A DNA stretch of 31,400 bases, from assembly GCA_051382305.1 (NCBI GenBank), contig JBBCAV010000292.1, positions 1-31,400 on the forward strand, read 5' to 3'. Under the pieces are notes generated by a model. The model was not told the origin of the DNA and did not search any database. It worked only from the letters and a program-made list of their open reading frames with translations. The stretch comes from Bdellovibrionota bacterium FG-2. GTDB taxonomy: Bacteria > Bdellovibrionota > UBA1018. Made by a program: the position numbers and the translations under genes. This document shows, in pieces, positions 9,361-17,813 of the stretch. Position 1 is the stretch's first letter. The number at the start of each line of letters is the position of its first letter.

Positions 9361-10844
9361 GTATGCCGGAGGGCCTCGGCACAGACTTCTCGATCATCGA
9401 AGTGTATTTTTACGGTTTGGCCCGGTTTTGAGGGGTCGGCGATGATCTGGTAGTCCTCATGGCCCTTCCCGGCAATCAGTACCAAATCGCCCTGTTTTGC
9501 CTCAGAAATGGCTGCAAAGATCGCTTTTTTTCGATCGGGTTCCACTGAATAATTGCTGTACCCAACCGTTCCGCTCAGGATTTCGTTAATGATTGCCGCC
9601 GGGTCCTCGGTTCGAGGATTGTCTGAAGTGACCCAGACGTGATCGGAGATTTCGCAGGCAGTTTTGCCCATGACTGCTCGCTTCAGCCGGTCTCGATCTC
9701 CTCCGCAGCCAAAGACGGCGAGTAGGCGGTGAGCGCCACGAATTTCTCTGAGCGTCTGCAAAACATTCTTAAGGGCATCAGGTTTGTGGGCGTAGTCGAC
9801 GAGAACACGAGGAAGTCCCGTGTTTTTTGGGTTTTCAGCGAGGACGACAGGTTCTAATCGTCCCGGCACACATTGCAAGGATGTGAGTCCCGCTTCAATT
9901 GCGGAGTTCTTAATGGGCGCGCGCGAAATCCCTCTGACGGCAGCAATCGCTGTGAGGATGTTGGAGGCATTAAAGCGACCCATAAGCGGCGATTGAATGT
10001 GAATCTCTCCCACATAACCTTCAATCCCCGTCGAGGAGATGTTGAGAGATTTTCCGGAAAGCTCTCCTTTCTGGATTCCAAAGCAGGTGCGGGAGATTTT
10101 ACTGAGAGATAGGTCTTTCTTGAGATCATCGGCCATTCGAGCTCCCGCGGAATCATCGCAGTTGAAGGCGCCTTGCGGAGTTTTCCCCGCCTGAAGAGAG
10201 TATTTGAGGCAATCCGTAAACAGTAAAAGTTTGGATTGATAATAATCTTCCATGTCCGAATGAAAATCGAGATGCTCCGGTGAAAGGTTCGTAAAAACAA
10301 CCGAATCAAAAGCAATACAGGCAACTCTGTGTTGTTTGAGCGCATGGCTGGATACTTCCATGACGACCGCCGTGCAGCCTGAAGACTTCATTTGAGCCAG
10401 AAGCGCTTGAAGTTCCACGGGGCCCGGAGTCGTATGCGTTGAGGGGAGAATTTTCTCATCAAAGCGAAAATTCACAGTTCCTATGACTCCCACTTTGTGC
10501 CCTGCGGCCTTTAGAATTGATTCAATGAGGTAAGTCGTCGTTGTTTTTCCGCTGGTCCCGGTGACGCCAAAGACGAGCATGCCGTGGGTAGGGTTGTGAT
10601 GAAACTCTGCGGCAGCCTGCGCGAGGGCTAAGCGAGAATCGGGCACGATAAAGTCTGCAGGTGGTTTCTCTCCCACAGTCATGATGGCCCCTTGTTGCTT
10701 GGCCGTTGGAATAAATTGATGACCATCTTGCGAAAGACCGGCAATCGCAAAGAAGGCGCATCCCGGAATAACTTCGCGCGAATCAGAGGTGATCCGGGTG
10801 GGGTTGAGTCTTCTGATCGCTTTCAGAAAATCAAAGTCGCTCAT
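9357..10844 (-). CDS. murE: UDP-N-acetylmuramoyl-dipeptide--meso-diaminopimelate ligase
   Basis: Motifs VTGTSGKTT, TTPG, MEVSSH, DYAHKPD, FGCGGDRD, DNPR (meso-DAP specificity motif) and AGKGHE. Confidence 0.98.
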   Translation of the reverse strand: MSDFDFLKAIRRLNPTRITSDSREVIPGCAFFAIAGLSQDGHQFIPTAKQQGAIMTVGEKPPADFIVPDSRLALAQAAAEFHHNPTHGMLVFGVTGTSGKTTTTYLIESILKAAGHKVGVIGTVNFRFDEKILPSTHTTPGPVELQALLAQMKSSGCTAVVMEVSSHALKQHRVACIAFDSVVFTNLSPEHLDFHSDMEDYYQSKLLLFTDCLKYSLQAGKTPQGAFNCDDSAGARMADDLKKDLSLSKISRTCFGIQKGELSGKSLNISSTGIEGYVGEIHIQSPLMGRFNASNILTAIAAVRGISRAPIKNSAIEAGLTSLQCVPGRLEPVVLAENPKNTGLPRVLVDYAHKPDALKNVLQTLREIRGAHRLLAVFGCGGDRDRLKRAVMGKTACEISDHVWVTSDNPRTEDPAAIINEILSGTVGYSNYSVEPDRKKAIFAAISEAKQGDLVLIAGKGHEDYQIIADPSKPGQTVKIHFDDREVCAEALRHT

Positions 10845-12904
10845 GAGCCCTCAAGAGTAAGGCGAATCGTCTCGTCTTCCGAAACGCGCTTTCCTGCCTC
10901 CGGATTTTGGGTCTTGATCAGGCCCTTCCCGAGGATCTCGATTTTGAATTTATGCCCCTGAAGTGCTTGGAAGGCTTCACGGGGCGTGAGACCTTGCAGC
11001 GGGGGTATTGTCCAAATCAGTTCTCCTGATGGAGCCGCGCCCTGCAATTCGAGCGCTTCGAGAGGGGGTGTGAAGGGATGGGCTTGCGTTGTTTTAAGAA
11101 GTTCTTGGGGGACTGGGGACGGGAGCGCGAGAGGTTTGGAGTCATTTTCGGCAAGAGTGCGCGTGGGCAGGCTAAAGCGGCCGGCTACGGCGTTGAGGAC
11201 TTGCCGGAAAAGGGGAGCGGCCGTTTCAGAGGCATAATAAACGCCTCGAGGCTCATCCAGGGCTGTGAAAATCACAATCTTTGGGTCCACGCCCACGGCA
11301 TAGCCGATGAAAGAGGCGACAAAGCGAGAGCGCGAGTAATGCTTAGAAACGGGGTCCACTACTTGTGCGGTTCCTGTTTTCCCCGCGACTCGATAGCCGT
11401 TCAATTTTGCTTTCGTCCCCGTTCCACCCGTGTCAGTCACACTTTCAAGAGCGGAAAGAACGTCGGCAGCGACTTTGGGTGAAAACACACGATGGGGCGC
11501 CTCGGGTTTTGCGGCATTTGTGGGGTCTTTAATGAGTGAGGGCTGAACAATCCATCCCCCATTTAGAAACGAGGCATAAAGTCGGGTCATTTGAAGGGGC
11601 GTCACGAGAACGCCTTGACCAAATCCGATATTCGCAAGTGCAAGAGGTTGCCAATCTTTCTTAGCGGGGACTTTTCCAGAAATTTCTCCTGGAAAGCCTA
11701 CCCCGGTCTTCGTGCCCAGACCAAAAGCGCGTAACGAGTTCCAATAGTGATCGGCGCCGACTTTGAGGGCGAGCTTTGCGGCGCCGACGTTGCTGGAAAC
11801 TTGGATGAGTTTCTTAAGCGTGATCCATTCAAACTTCTCATGCGCCTCGGCTTCCGAGATCGAGTGGCCTTGAATCGTCATTTTTCCGCGCTCGGCGTAA
11901 ATCTGGTCTGAGAGTTTAGCGCCATGACTAAGGGCGCTTGCCAAGAGCGCGGCCTTAAGTGTCGATCCGGGTTCGTAGCCATCGGTGATGGCGCGATTTC
12001 GCTTCTGGTTTGTAGTCTGACTTTTTTCATTAGGGTCAAAGACGGGGTAGCTCGCCATGGAGAGAATTTCACCGCTGACGGAATTCATGACGACGACGGT
12101 TCCGCTGCGGGCGCGGGATTTAAGGACGGAGTTTCGAAGCTCTTCTTCAACGGCGTATTGAAGGGAGGCATCGAGTGTGAGTTGAACGGGCTCGCCATCT
12201 TGTACGTGTTTTGCGGCAACGGCGTCGATGAAGGTCGGACGTCCAAGCGCATCTTTGATGGCCGAAACGGACACGATTTTCCCTCGCATGCGTTCATTAA
12301 GCCAAAGCTCTACGCCCTCAAGGCCCTCAGAATCCACATTGACGCCGCCTAAAATTTGGCCTGCGAGTTCCTTATGGGGGTAAATTCGTTTACTCTCGCG
12401 CACGAGCCAAAGACCGGAGACCAAGTCTCCTGATTCGTCTTGAATATGCCATTTTTTGAGCGACAGGAGTTCTGCTTGGGTGAGATGGCGTTTGAGCCAA
12501 ACGAACTCCCGTTTTTCCCCTAAGCGGCTCAAGACCTTGGAGTAGGGTAAATCAACGGCCTTAGAAATCAGTCGCGCCAGCACGGCTTTGTTTTGCGCTT
12601 TGCCTGGATTGGCCGCAAGACTGTGGATCTCCACATTAATGGCAAGAGGCTCCCCATTGCGGTCTAAGATGGGCCCTCGACGAGGACGGGTCAGTATTCT
12701 GGATTGAAACTGTCTCTTTGCCATTTGCTCAAGCCGGGGATCTGAGTGAATTTGGATCATCGCGGAGCGCGTGATGATGGCAGCGGCGAGCAGAGTAACA
12801 CAAACGACGAGCGCGACCATGCGGCGCTTTTGTGCATTCTCAGAAGGCGAACCCGAGTTAGTCTTGGGTTTTTTTTGGTGAAGCTTGTTGCGTGTGAACT
12901 TCAT
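10841..12904 (-). CDS. ftsI: Class B penicillin-binding protein with C-terminal PASTA domain
   Basis: N-terminal TM segment and RGPILDRNG; catalytic motifs STLK, SSN and KTGT; PASTA-like tail IPPLQGLTPREA...QNPEAG. Confidence 0.95.
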   Translation of the reverse strand: MKFTRNKLHQKKPKTNSGSPSENAQKRRMVALVVCVTLLAAAIITRSAMIQIHSDPRLEQMAKRQFQSRILTRPRRGPILDRNGEPLAINVEIHSLAANPGKAQNKAVLARLISKAVDLPYSKVLSRLGEKREFVWLKRHLTQAELLSLKKWHIQDESGDLVSGLWLVRESKRIYPHKELAGQILGGVNVDSEGLEGVELWLNERMRGKIVSVSAIKDALGRPTFIDAVAAKHVQDGEPVQLTLDASLQYAVEEELRNSVLKSRARSGTVVVMNSVSGEILSMASYPVFDPNEKSQTTNQKRNRAITDGYEPGSTLKAALLASALSHGAKLSDQIYAERGKMTIQGHSISEAEAHEKFEWITLKKLIQVSSNVGAAKLALKVGADHYWNSLRAFGLGTKTGVGFPGEISGKVPAKKDWQPLALANIGFGQGVLVTPLQMTRLYASFLNGGWIVQPSLIKDPTNAAKPEAPHRVFSPKVAADVLSALESVTDTGGTGTKAKLNGYRVAGKTGTAQVVDPVSKHYSRSRFVASFIGYAVGVDPKIVIFTALDEPRGVYYASETAAPLFRQVLNAVAGRFSLPTRTLAENDSKPLALPSPVPQELLKTTQAHPFTPPLEALELQGAAPSGELIWTIPPLQGLTPREAFQALQGHKFKIEILGKGLIKTQNPEAGKRVSEDETIRLTLEGS

Positions 12905-13187
12905 CGGTTTCCTTCATATAAATGACTTGATCAGAAGAAGGCTGAGAGAGCCCAAATTTTGTTTTTGCAATATTCTCAAGCCGCCGAGGGGACCTAAGTG
13001 CGGTGACCTTGAGGTGAATCTGTTCTCGTTCTTGTTGGAGGTTTCGCTCGGTTCGATCAGCTTGGTTAATCGCGTAGGTTGTTCTAACGATGGCGAGCCT
13101 GAGCCAGACGGTTCCAACCGCGAAAAGCGCAAATACGGGAAAAACCCAAATCGGAATTCCCAAGAAGGTCCGGCGGGTGAGATTCAC
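12858..13187 (-). CDS. ftsL: Cell division protein FtsL
   Basis: TM segment plus coiled coil and LRSPRRLENIAKTKFGL; lies between rsmH and ftsI. Confidence 0.85.
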   Translation of the reverse strand: MNLTRRTFLGIPIWVFPVFALFAVGTVWLRLAIVRTTYAINQADRTERNLQQEREQIHLKVTALRSPRRLENIAKTKFGLSQPSSDQVIYMKETDEVHTQQASPKKTQD

Positions 13188-14140
13188 GGCGTTCCTCCAT
13201 TAGTGGGGCCTATTTGTGCGATTCGAAGTTTTGCGCTTCGCGCTCTGGGGTTGATCTCGAGTTCTTCTTCGTCGGCAATGATTGGCTTCTTGGTGAGCGG
13301 CTGAAGGCGAGCGCTCTCCTTAAAGCAGTGCTTCACTTTGCGATCCTCCAAGGAATGAAAACTCAATATTGCCACATGTCCCTCCAGCTTGACTCTGAGT
13401 ATAACATTTTCTAGCAAACAATCGAGTTCGTCCATTTCTTTATTCACCGCAATTCTTAGCGCCTGAAAAGTGCGCGTAGCCGGGTGGATCCGGCCCTGGG
13501 GCTTGCGAGCAAATAAAGGCAGTGCACGATAAATCCATTCTTCGAGTTGAGCCGTGGTCGTGGGGGGGCCTTCGCGAAGGCGGCGCTCACAAATAATGGC
13601 CGCGATTCGGCGGGCGAAGCGCTCCTCGCCGTATTCAGTGAGGATTCTCTCGAGCTCTTTTTCGCTAATGTCGGCCAAGAGTTCGGCCGCACTCGGGTGG
13701 CGCGAGGGGTCCATGCGCATATCCAAGGGGCCATCGACTTGAAAACTTAATCCTCGGTCGCGATCGCCCAATTGATCGCTTGAAAATCCGAGGTCGGCCA
13801 TAAGCCCCAAGACGTTAGAGCCGCAAGAGGAATCAATGACGGCTGCCGCTTCACTCATTCGGGCCCGCTCAATGCGGATGTGGCCTTCGGCGAGCTCTTT
13901 TGCGAAGCGCTCTCTAGCTTTTTCAATGGCCGCTGGATCTTGGTCAAGCGCGAGCACCTTGTGGTGCTTGAGTTTTGGGTTTGAGGCTAGAGCTTCTAGG
14001 AATCCGTTGGTGTGGCCTCCGCCGCCTAAAGTGCAATCGACGATCCAGTGGGGAGTGGAGTTTTCCGGCAAGCTTAGAAACGGCTCGCACAACGCCTCTA
14101 CGATGGGCTTAAGCAAGATCGGAACGTGCTTTGTCGTCAT
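13184..14140 (-). CDS. rsmH: 16S rRNA m4C1402 methyltransferase
   Basis: Motifs HVPIL, DCTLGGGGH, DLGFSSDQL, GPLDMRMD, HPATRTFQALRI, FHSLEDR and NPRARSAKLR. Confidence 0.98.
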   Translation of the reverse strand: MTTKHVPILLKPIVEALCEPFLSLPENSTPHWIVDCTLGGGGHTNGFLEALASNPKLKHHKVLALDQDPAAIEKARERFAKELAEGHIRIERARMSEAAAVIDSSCGSNVLGLMADLGFSSDQLGDRDRGLSFQVDGPLDMRMDPSRHPSAAELLADISEKELERILTEYGEERFARRIAAIICERRLREGPPTTTAQLEEWIYRALPLFARKPQGRIHPATRTFQALRIAVNKEMDELDCLLENVILRVKLEGHVAILSFHSLEDRKVKHCFKESARLQPLTKKPIIADEEELEINPRARSAKLRIAQIGPTNGGTP

Positions 14141-14144
14141 GTCT

Positions 14145-14837
14145 TTATGTCGCCTGAGGAAACCACTGCGGGCGAGCAGGGTCCGCGGGGAGACCTAGGC
14201 CCGCTTCAGCGCGTTTTTTTAGGAGCGAGGCCACTTGCGTGGCGCTTAGAAGTTTGGGACCGCCCAGCGTGGCGGAGGAGAGGAGGATCTTTGCGAGGTG
14301 TTCCACTAATTCCATGCGAAGAAACGCTTGTTCAAGCGTTTTTCCCCAGGAAAAAATACCGTTTCCCGCGATCATGACCGCATCGTAGTGCGCGAGCAGC
14401 GGATCAAGTTCTGCCCAAAGTTCCTTAGAATTTGGGAGGGCGAGTCCAACAAGTGGAATTCCAGGGCCGATACTGACCACGGCCTCAGGGAGCGCCCACG
14501 TGAGAACCTCTTGGTTCGCACAACCCACGGCGGTGGCCGAAGGGGCGTGCGAGTGAATGACCGCCGTAACTTCGGGGCGTGCGGAATAAATGCGAAGATG
14601 GACAGCCATTTCGGAGAACGGCCCGCCATTGCCTGCGACTTTTTTTCCTTCAGCATTCACTTCGATCAGATCTTCTTCAGTGAGATCGGCTTTGGAGCGT
14701 GCTGTGGGTGTGGCGGCGTACGTTTCACCGCGTGCAAGCCTGGAGGAGATGTTGCCGTCATGATTGGAAACCCAACCCCTCTTATCCATGCGATGCGAAT
14801 AGTGAACGATTTGCGAGCGTACTTCTTTTGGAATCAC
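14145..14837 (-). CDS. Class II aldolase/adducin (FucA/AraD-like) family protein
   Basis: Motifs GNISSR, TPT, FSEMAVH, IHSHAP and AFLRMELVEHLA. The third metal-binding His motif reads AGNG. GTG start; ends 4 bp before rsmH. Confidence 0.9.
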   Translation of the reverse strand: MIPKEVRSQIVHYSHRMDKRGWVSNHDGNISSRLARGETYAATPTARSKADLTEEDLIEVNAEGKKVAGNGGPFSEMAVHLRIYSARPEVTAVIHSHAPSATAVGCANQEVLTWALPEAVVSIGPGIPLVGLALPNSKELWAELDPLLAHYDAVMIAGNGIFSWGKTLEQAFLRMELVEHLAKILLSSATLGGPKLLSATQVASLLKKRAEAGLGLPADPARPQWFPQAT

Positions 14838-14872
14838 CTGAGCAGATTACTAGGAAAATAGGGGGTGGGCAA
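14838..14872 (-). promoter_or_regulatory. Promoter of the aldolase-dcw operon, probably leaderless
   Basis: Minus strand reads TTGCCC (14872-14867), 17 bp, TAATCT (14849-14844), 6 nt, then GTG. No SD sequence. Confidence 0.6.
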
Positions 14873-14925
14873 TTGAAATTTGGGGGGCTGTCTATACCGA
14901 TATTTGAGAGGTCTCTGTGACTCAT

Positions 14926-15000
14926 TAGTTAATTTTCGGGATTGTCCGGAAATGGCAGGGCTTCCAAAATTGGATTCCGAACAAACCCGAAAATTAACTA
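14926..15000. repeat. 26-bp inverted repeat (24 of 26 match) with a 23-nt loop
   Basis: TAGTTAATTTTCGGGATTGTCCGGAA (14926-14951) pairs with TTCCGAACAAACCCGAAAATTAACTA (14975-15000); the outer 15 bp are perfect. Confidence 0.9.
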
Positions 15001-15233
15001 GTAGAATTTGAATGAGCGATGATTTGGTCCTTGGAAAAGTTCAATTTTCATAGCACCGATTTTCGAAGAACAGTCCAAAAACCAAACTAAGCAGCACTCT
15101 TCATGAGTGACCTTCGGTTAACGCTGTACCCGAAGTCCTCCTCATTATTGTCTCAAGTAGTGGTCAACGAGATTCACTAGAAAAAACAAAACCCCAACTA
15201 AGACGCGGAGTGTCTAGATTATAAACTAAAGAA

Positions 15234-15630
15234 ATGAAGAAACTCCTTTTCCTCGCGGTTTTCCTTGTGGCCCCACCCCTCGCCATGGCGTCTATCTGTG
15301 GACACCTGACTTATCTTGTTACTTAAGATGAGCGTGCATTCGAACAATATTGCCAATTCGGAAACCACGAGGACGCCCAAAGGCGGTCCTTTCCAACGCC
15401 AGGAACTGGGCAATTGCTACGGTTGGAATTGTGAAGTCGTGTCTATTCCGGCCTTCACACAGCGCTACAACCCCGCCCACCCCGATGCGGACGAGATGGG
15501 GTATGTCGAATTTCCAGACATCGACCTCATTGAGGAAATGGTGGCCATCATTGACGCCCAGAGGAACTACGAAGGATTGATCGCAGAAAATCGTGAGGCG
15601 GCTGCTGCGTGCAAGCGTCCCCCCGAATAA
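15234..15630 (+). pseudogene. Signal-peptide-bearing FlgC-like (flagellar rod family) protein with a +1 frameshift, either a real lesion or a sequencing error
   Basis: ATG15234 gives MKKLLFLAVFLVAPPLAMA-SICGHLTYL. The +1 frame from about 15310-15324 gives KMSVHSNNIANSETTRTPKGGPFQRQ...YNPAHPDADEMGYVEFPDIDLIEEMVAIIDAQRNYE, which are FlgC signature motifs. Confidence 0.82.
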
Positions 15631-15638
15631 AACTCAGC

Positions 15639-15673
15639 GTGCTTTTCACAAATCAAGGTCTTAGACTTATCTC
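15639..15673 (+). promoter_or_regulatory. Putative leaderless promoter of the MFS-nfnAB operon
   Basis: GTGCTT, 17 bp, TAGACT (15662-15667), 6 nt, then ATG15674. No SD sequence. Confidence 0.5.
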
Positions 15674-16966
15674 ATGAACACAACTACTCTGGCGTCACCG
15701 GTTTCTTTGAGTTCCGTTCAACGTAATTGGCGCTGGCGCATTTTTGCATCGACTTGGCTTTGCTACGCCGGAATGTATTTCTGCCGTAAACCCTTCTATA
15801 TTACGAAAGCGGCGCTCAGTGAAAACCTGGGATTTTCCGCTTCGACTTTGGGTACAATCGGCGCGGCCTATTTGATCGCTTACACTGTAGGACAGTTCCT
15901 CTCTGCGGCGCTAGGGGAGAAGGCGGGTCAGAGAATCCTCCTGCTTTCGGGAATGGCACTCTCCATCGTTTCAAACCTCGTATTTGGGTTCACGAATTCG
16001 ACCGAAGCCTTTATTGTTTTCATGGCGATTAATGGACTCGCGCAGGCAACCGGATGGTCGGGGACGGTGGGGGTCATGGCGAACTGGTTTCGCCGCGGCG
16101 AGCGAGGCACTGTCATGGGTTTTTGGGCCACCAATTTTCAGGTGGGCGGCGTTTTGGCCAACGCCCTTGCGGCCTATGCGTTGGGCGCTTATGGATTCCG
16201 CTATAGCTTTTTTTTAGGCACGATTGTGCTGTTTGGAATTTGGATTTTCTTCTTTTTCAACCAAGCGGATAAGCCCGAGGATCTAGGCTTGCCCGCGATT
16301 GTGGAGGAGGAGGGGGATTTGGTAGCGTCCGGCTCGGCGCAGAGTTCCGTTGCTAGCGGTTGGACCCGCGCGATGATCACTAACGTTCTTTTGATCGGTC
16401 TGGTTTACTTCTTCATGAAGTTCATTCGTTACGCCCTTTGGTCCTGGGCGCCGTTCTTTTTGGCCCGCAATTTTCACCAGGACGGTGGCAACGCGGGTTA
16501 CCTTTCAACCGTGTTTGATCTCTTCGGAATTCTAGGGGTGATCGTGACAGGGTACCTTTCTGACAAGGTTTTCAAAAGCCGTCGCGCGAAGGTGAGTTTG
16601 ATCATGATTCTGGTTATGGTCGCTTCTTGCGTCCTCATGTATACAGTGGGTAGATTTTCAGTCTTTATGTTCTCGGCTTGTCTGGGTTTGGTAGGCTTCT
16701 CACTCTATGGTCCAGACGCCCTTCTCAGTGGCGCTGGAGCCATGGACGTGGGCTCCCGTAGGCATGCGACCCTGGCCGCCGGCGTAATTAATGGTTTAGG
16801 TTCGCTGGGTTCGGTGGTTCAAGAACTCGCTATCGGGAAAATGTATGACAAGACCGGGGGGGAGCTGGGACCTGTATTTATGCTCTTATTGGGGGCTTCC
16901 GCGTGCTCCGCAATTGTGCTAGGAATCGTGAATTGGCGAAATATGAAAGGGCGATCCGATGTTTAA
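15674..16966 (+). CDS. MFS transporter, organophosphate:Pi antiporter (GlpT/UhpT/SLC37-like) family
   Basis: About 12 TM segments. YFCRK matches the GlpT R-K substrate motif; also NWFRRGERGTVMGFW, FIRY, GYLSDK and AAGVINGLGSLG. Confidence 0.88.
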   Translation: MNTTTLASPVSLSSVQRNWRWRIFASTWLCYAGMYFCRKPFYITKAALSENLGFSASTLGTIGAAYLIAYTVGQFLSAALGEKAGQRILLLSGMALSIVSNLVFGFTNSTEAFIVFMAINGLAQATGWSGTVGVMANWFRRGERGTVMGFWATNFQVGGVLANALAAYALGAYGFRYSFFLGTIVLFGIWIFFFFNQADKPEDLGLPAIVEEEGDLVASGSAQSSVASGWTRAMITNVLLIGLVYFFMKFIRYALWSWAPFFLARNFHQDGGNAGYLSTVFDLFGILGVIVTGYLSDKVFKSRRAKVSLIMILVMVASCVLMYTVGRFSVFMFSACLGLVGFSLYGPDALLSGAGAMDVGSRRHATLAAGVINGLGSLGSVVQELAIGKMYDKTGGELGPVFMLLLGASACSAIVLGIVNWRNMKGRSDV

Positions 16967-17813
16967 AGTCTTGAGTAATGAAATACTTGCTCCCGAGCTT
17001 CATAAGCTCGTCGTGAAAGCTCCCCGCGTTGCAAAAGCGAGAAAAGCAGGACAATTTGTGATTGTGCGCGCGGATGTAGGTGATGAACGAATTCCGCTGA
17101 CGATTGGGGATGCCGACGTTGAAGCGGGCACGATTTCACTTTTCATTCAGGCGATCGGGGCTTCGACTCGAAAGTTAGTGGCCATTCCAGCAGGCGGAAA
17201 TATCCGAGATGTGGCCGGCCCCTTGGGTCTTGCGACGCACTTGGAAAAATACGGAAAAGTCGCGTGCATCGGCGGCGGGGTTGGGACGGCGGTCCTTTAT
17301 CCGTTGGTCAAAGGGCTTGCTCAAGCGGGCAACGAAATTACCACCATCATTGGTGGTCGCTCGGCTCCTTACGTAATTTTACAAAAAGAGCTGGGTGCGC
17401 TTTCCAAGAGCTTGCGTCTTACGACGGACGATGGAAGTTTAGGGACCAAGGGTTTTGTGACCAACGTTCTCAAAGAACTAATGAGTGATCCCGCAACCTG
17501 CCCTAAGGCCGTTTTTGCGGTGGGCCCGGGACCCATGATGAAGGCCGTGGCGAACATGACCCGTTCCGAAAAAATTCCTACGATTGTCAGTCTCAATCCG
17601 ATCATGATCGATGGCACGGGGATGTGCGGCGGTTGCCGCGTGGATGTGGGTGGTGAAGTGAAATTTGCTTGCGTCGATGGCCCGGAGTTTGATGGGCATC
17701 TCGTGGATTTTGATTTGTTACGCGATCGGCTGGATACTTATAAAGACCAAGAGCGCCGTGCTTTGGATCGTTGTTCAGCAGAAAAATGCAAGATCGGACG
17801 GAGTCAGTCATGA
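16959..17813 (+). CDS. nfnA: NADH-dependent ferredoxin:NADP+ oxidoreductase small subunit (NfnA/SudB-like; FAD and [2Fe-2S])
   Basis: Motifs AGQFVIVR, ERIPLTI, GGGVG and TDDGS. DGTGMCGGCR...CVDGPEFDG is the Asp/Cys3 [2Fe-2S] motif. Confidence 0.9.
   Translation: MFKVLSNEILAPELHKLVVKAPRVAKARKAGQFVIVRADVGDERIPLTIGDADVEAGTISLFIQAIGASTRKLVAIPAGGNIRDVAGPLGLATHLEKYGKVACIGGGVGTAVLYPLVKGLAQAGNEITTIIGGRSAPYVILQKELGALSKSLRLTTDDGSLGTKGFVTNVLKELMSDPATCPKAVFAVGPGPMMKAVANMTRSEKIPTIVSLNPIMIDGTGMCGGCRVDVGGEVKFACVDGPEFDGHLVDFDLLRDRLDTYKDQERRALDRCSAEKCKIGRSQS

Noticed and set aside
14860-14890. G-rich TGGG motifs as MraZ boxes
   Set aside because: There is no regular 10-bp-spaced triple repeat and no mraZ in the window; one motif is simply the -35 box.
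2314-14920. Numerous short antisense or alternate-frame ORFs over the dcw genes and elsewhere (e.g. 25402-25959)
   Set aside because: They are shadow ORFs of well-supported genes and show no motifs.
15305-15330. Programmed +1 frameshift in the FlgC-like gene
   Set aside because: No recognisable slippery site or internal SD; a single-base insertion is the simpler explanation.
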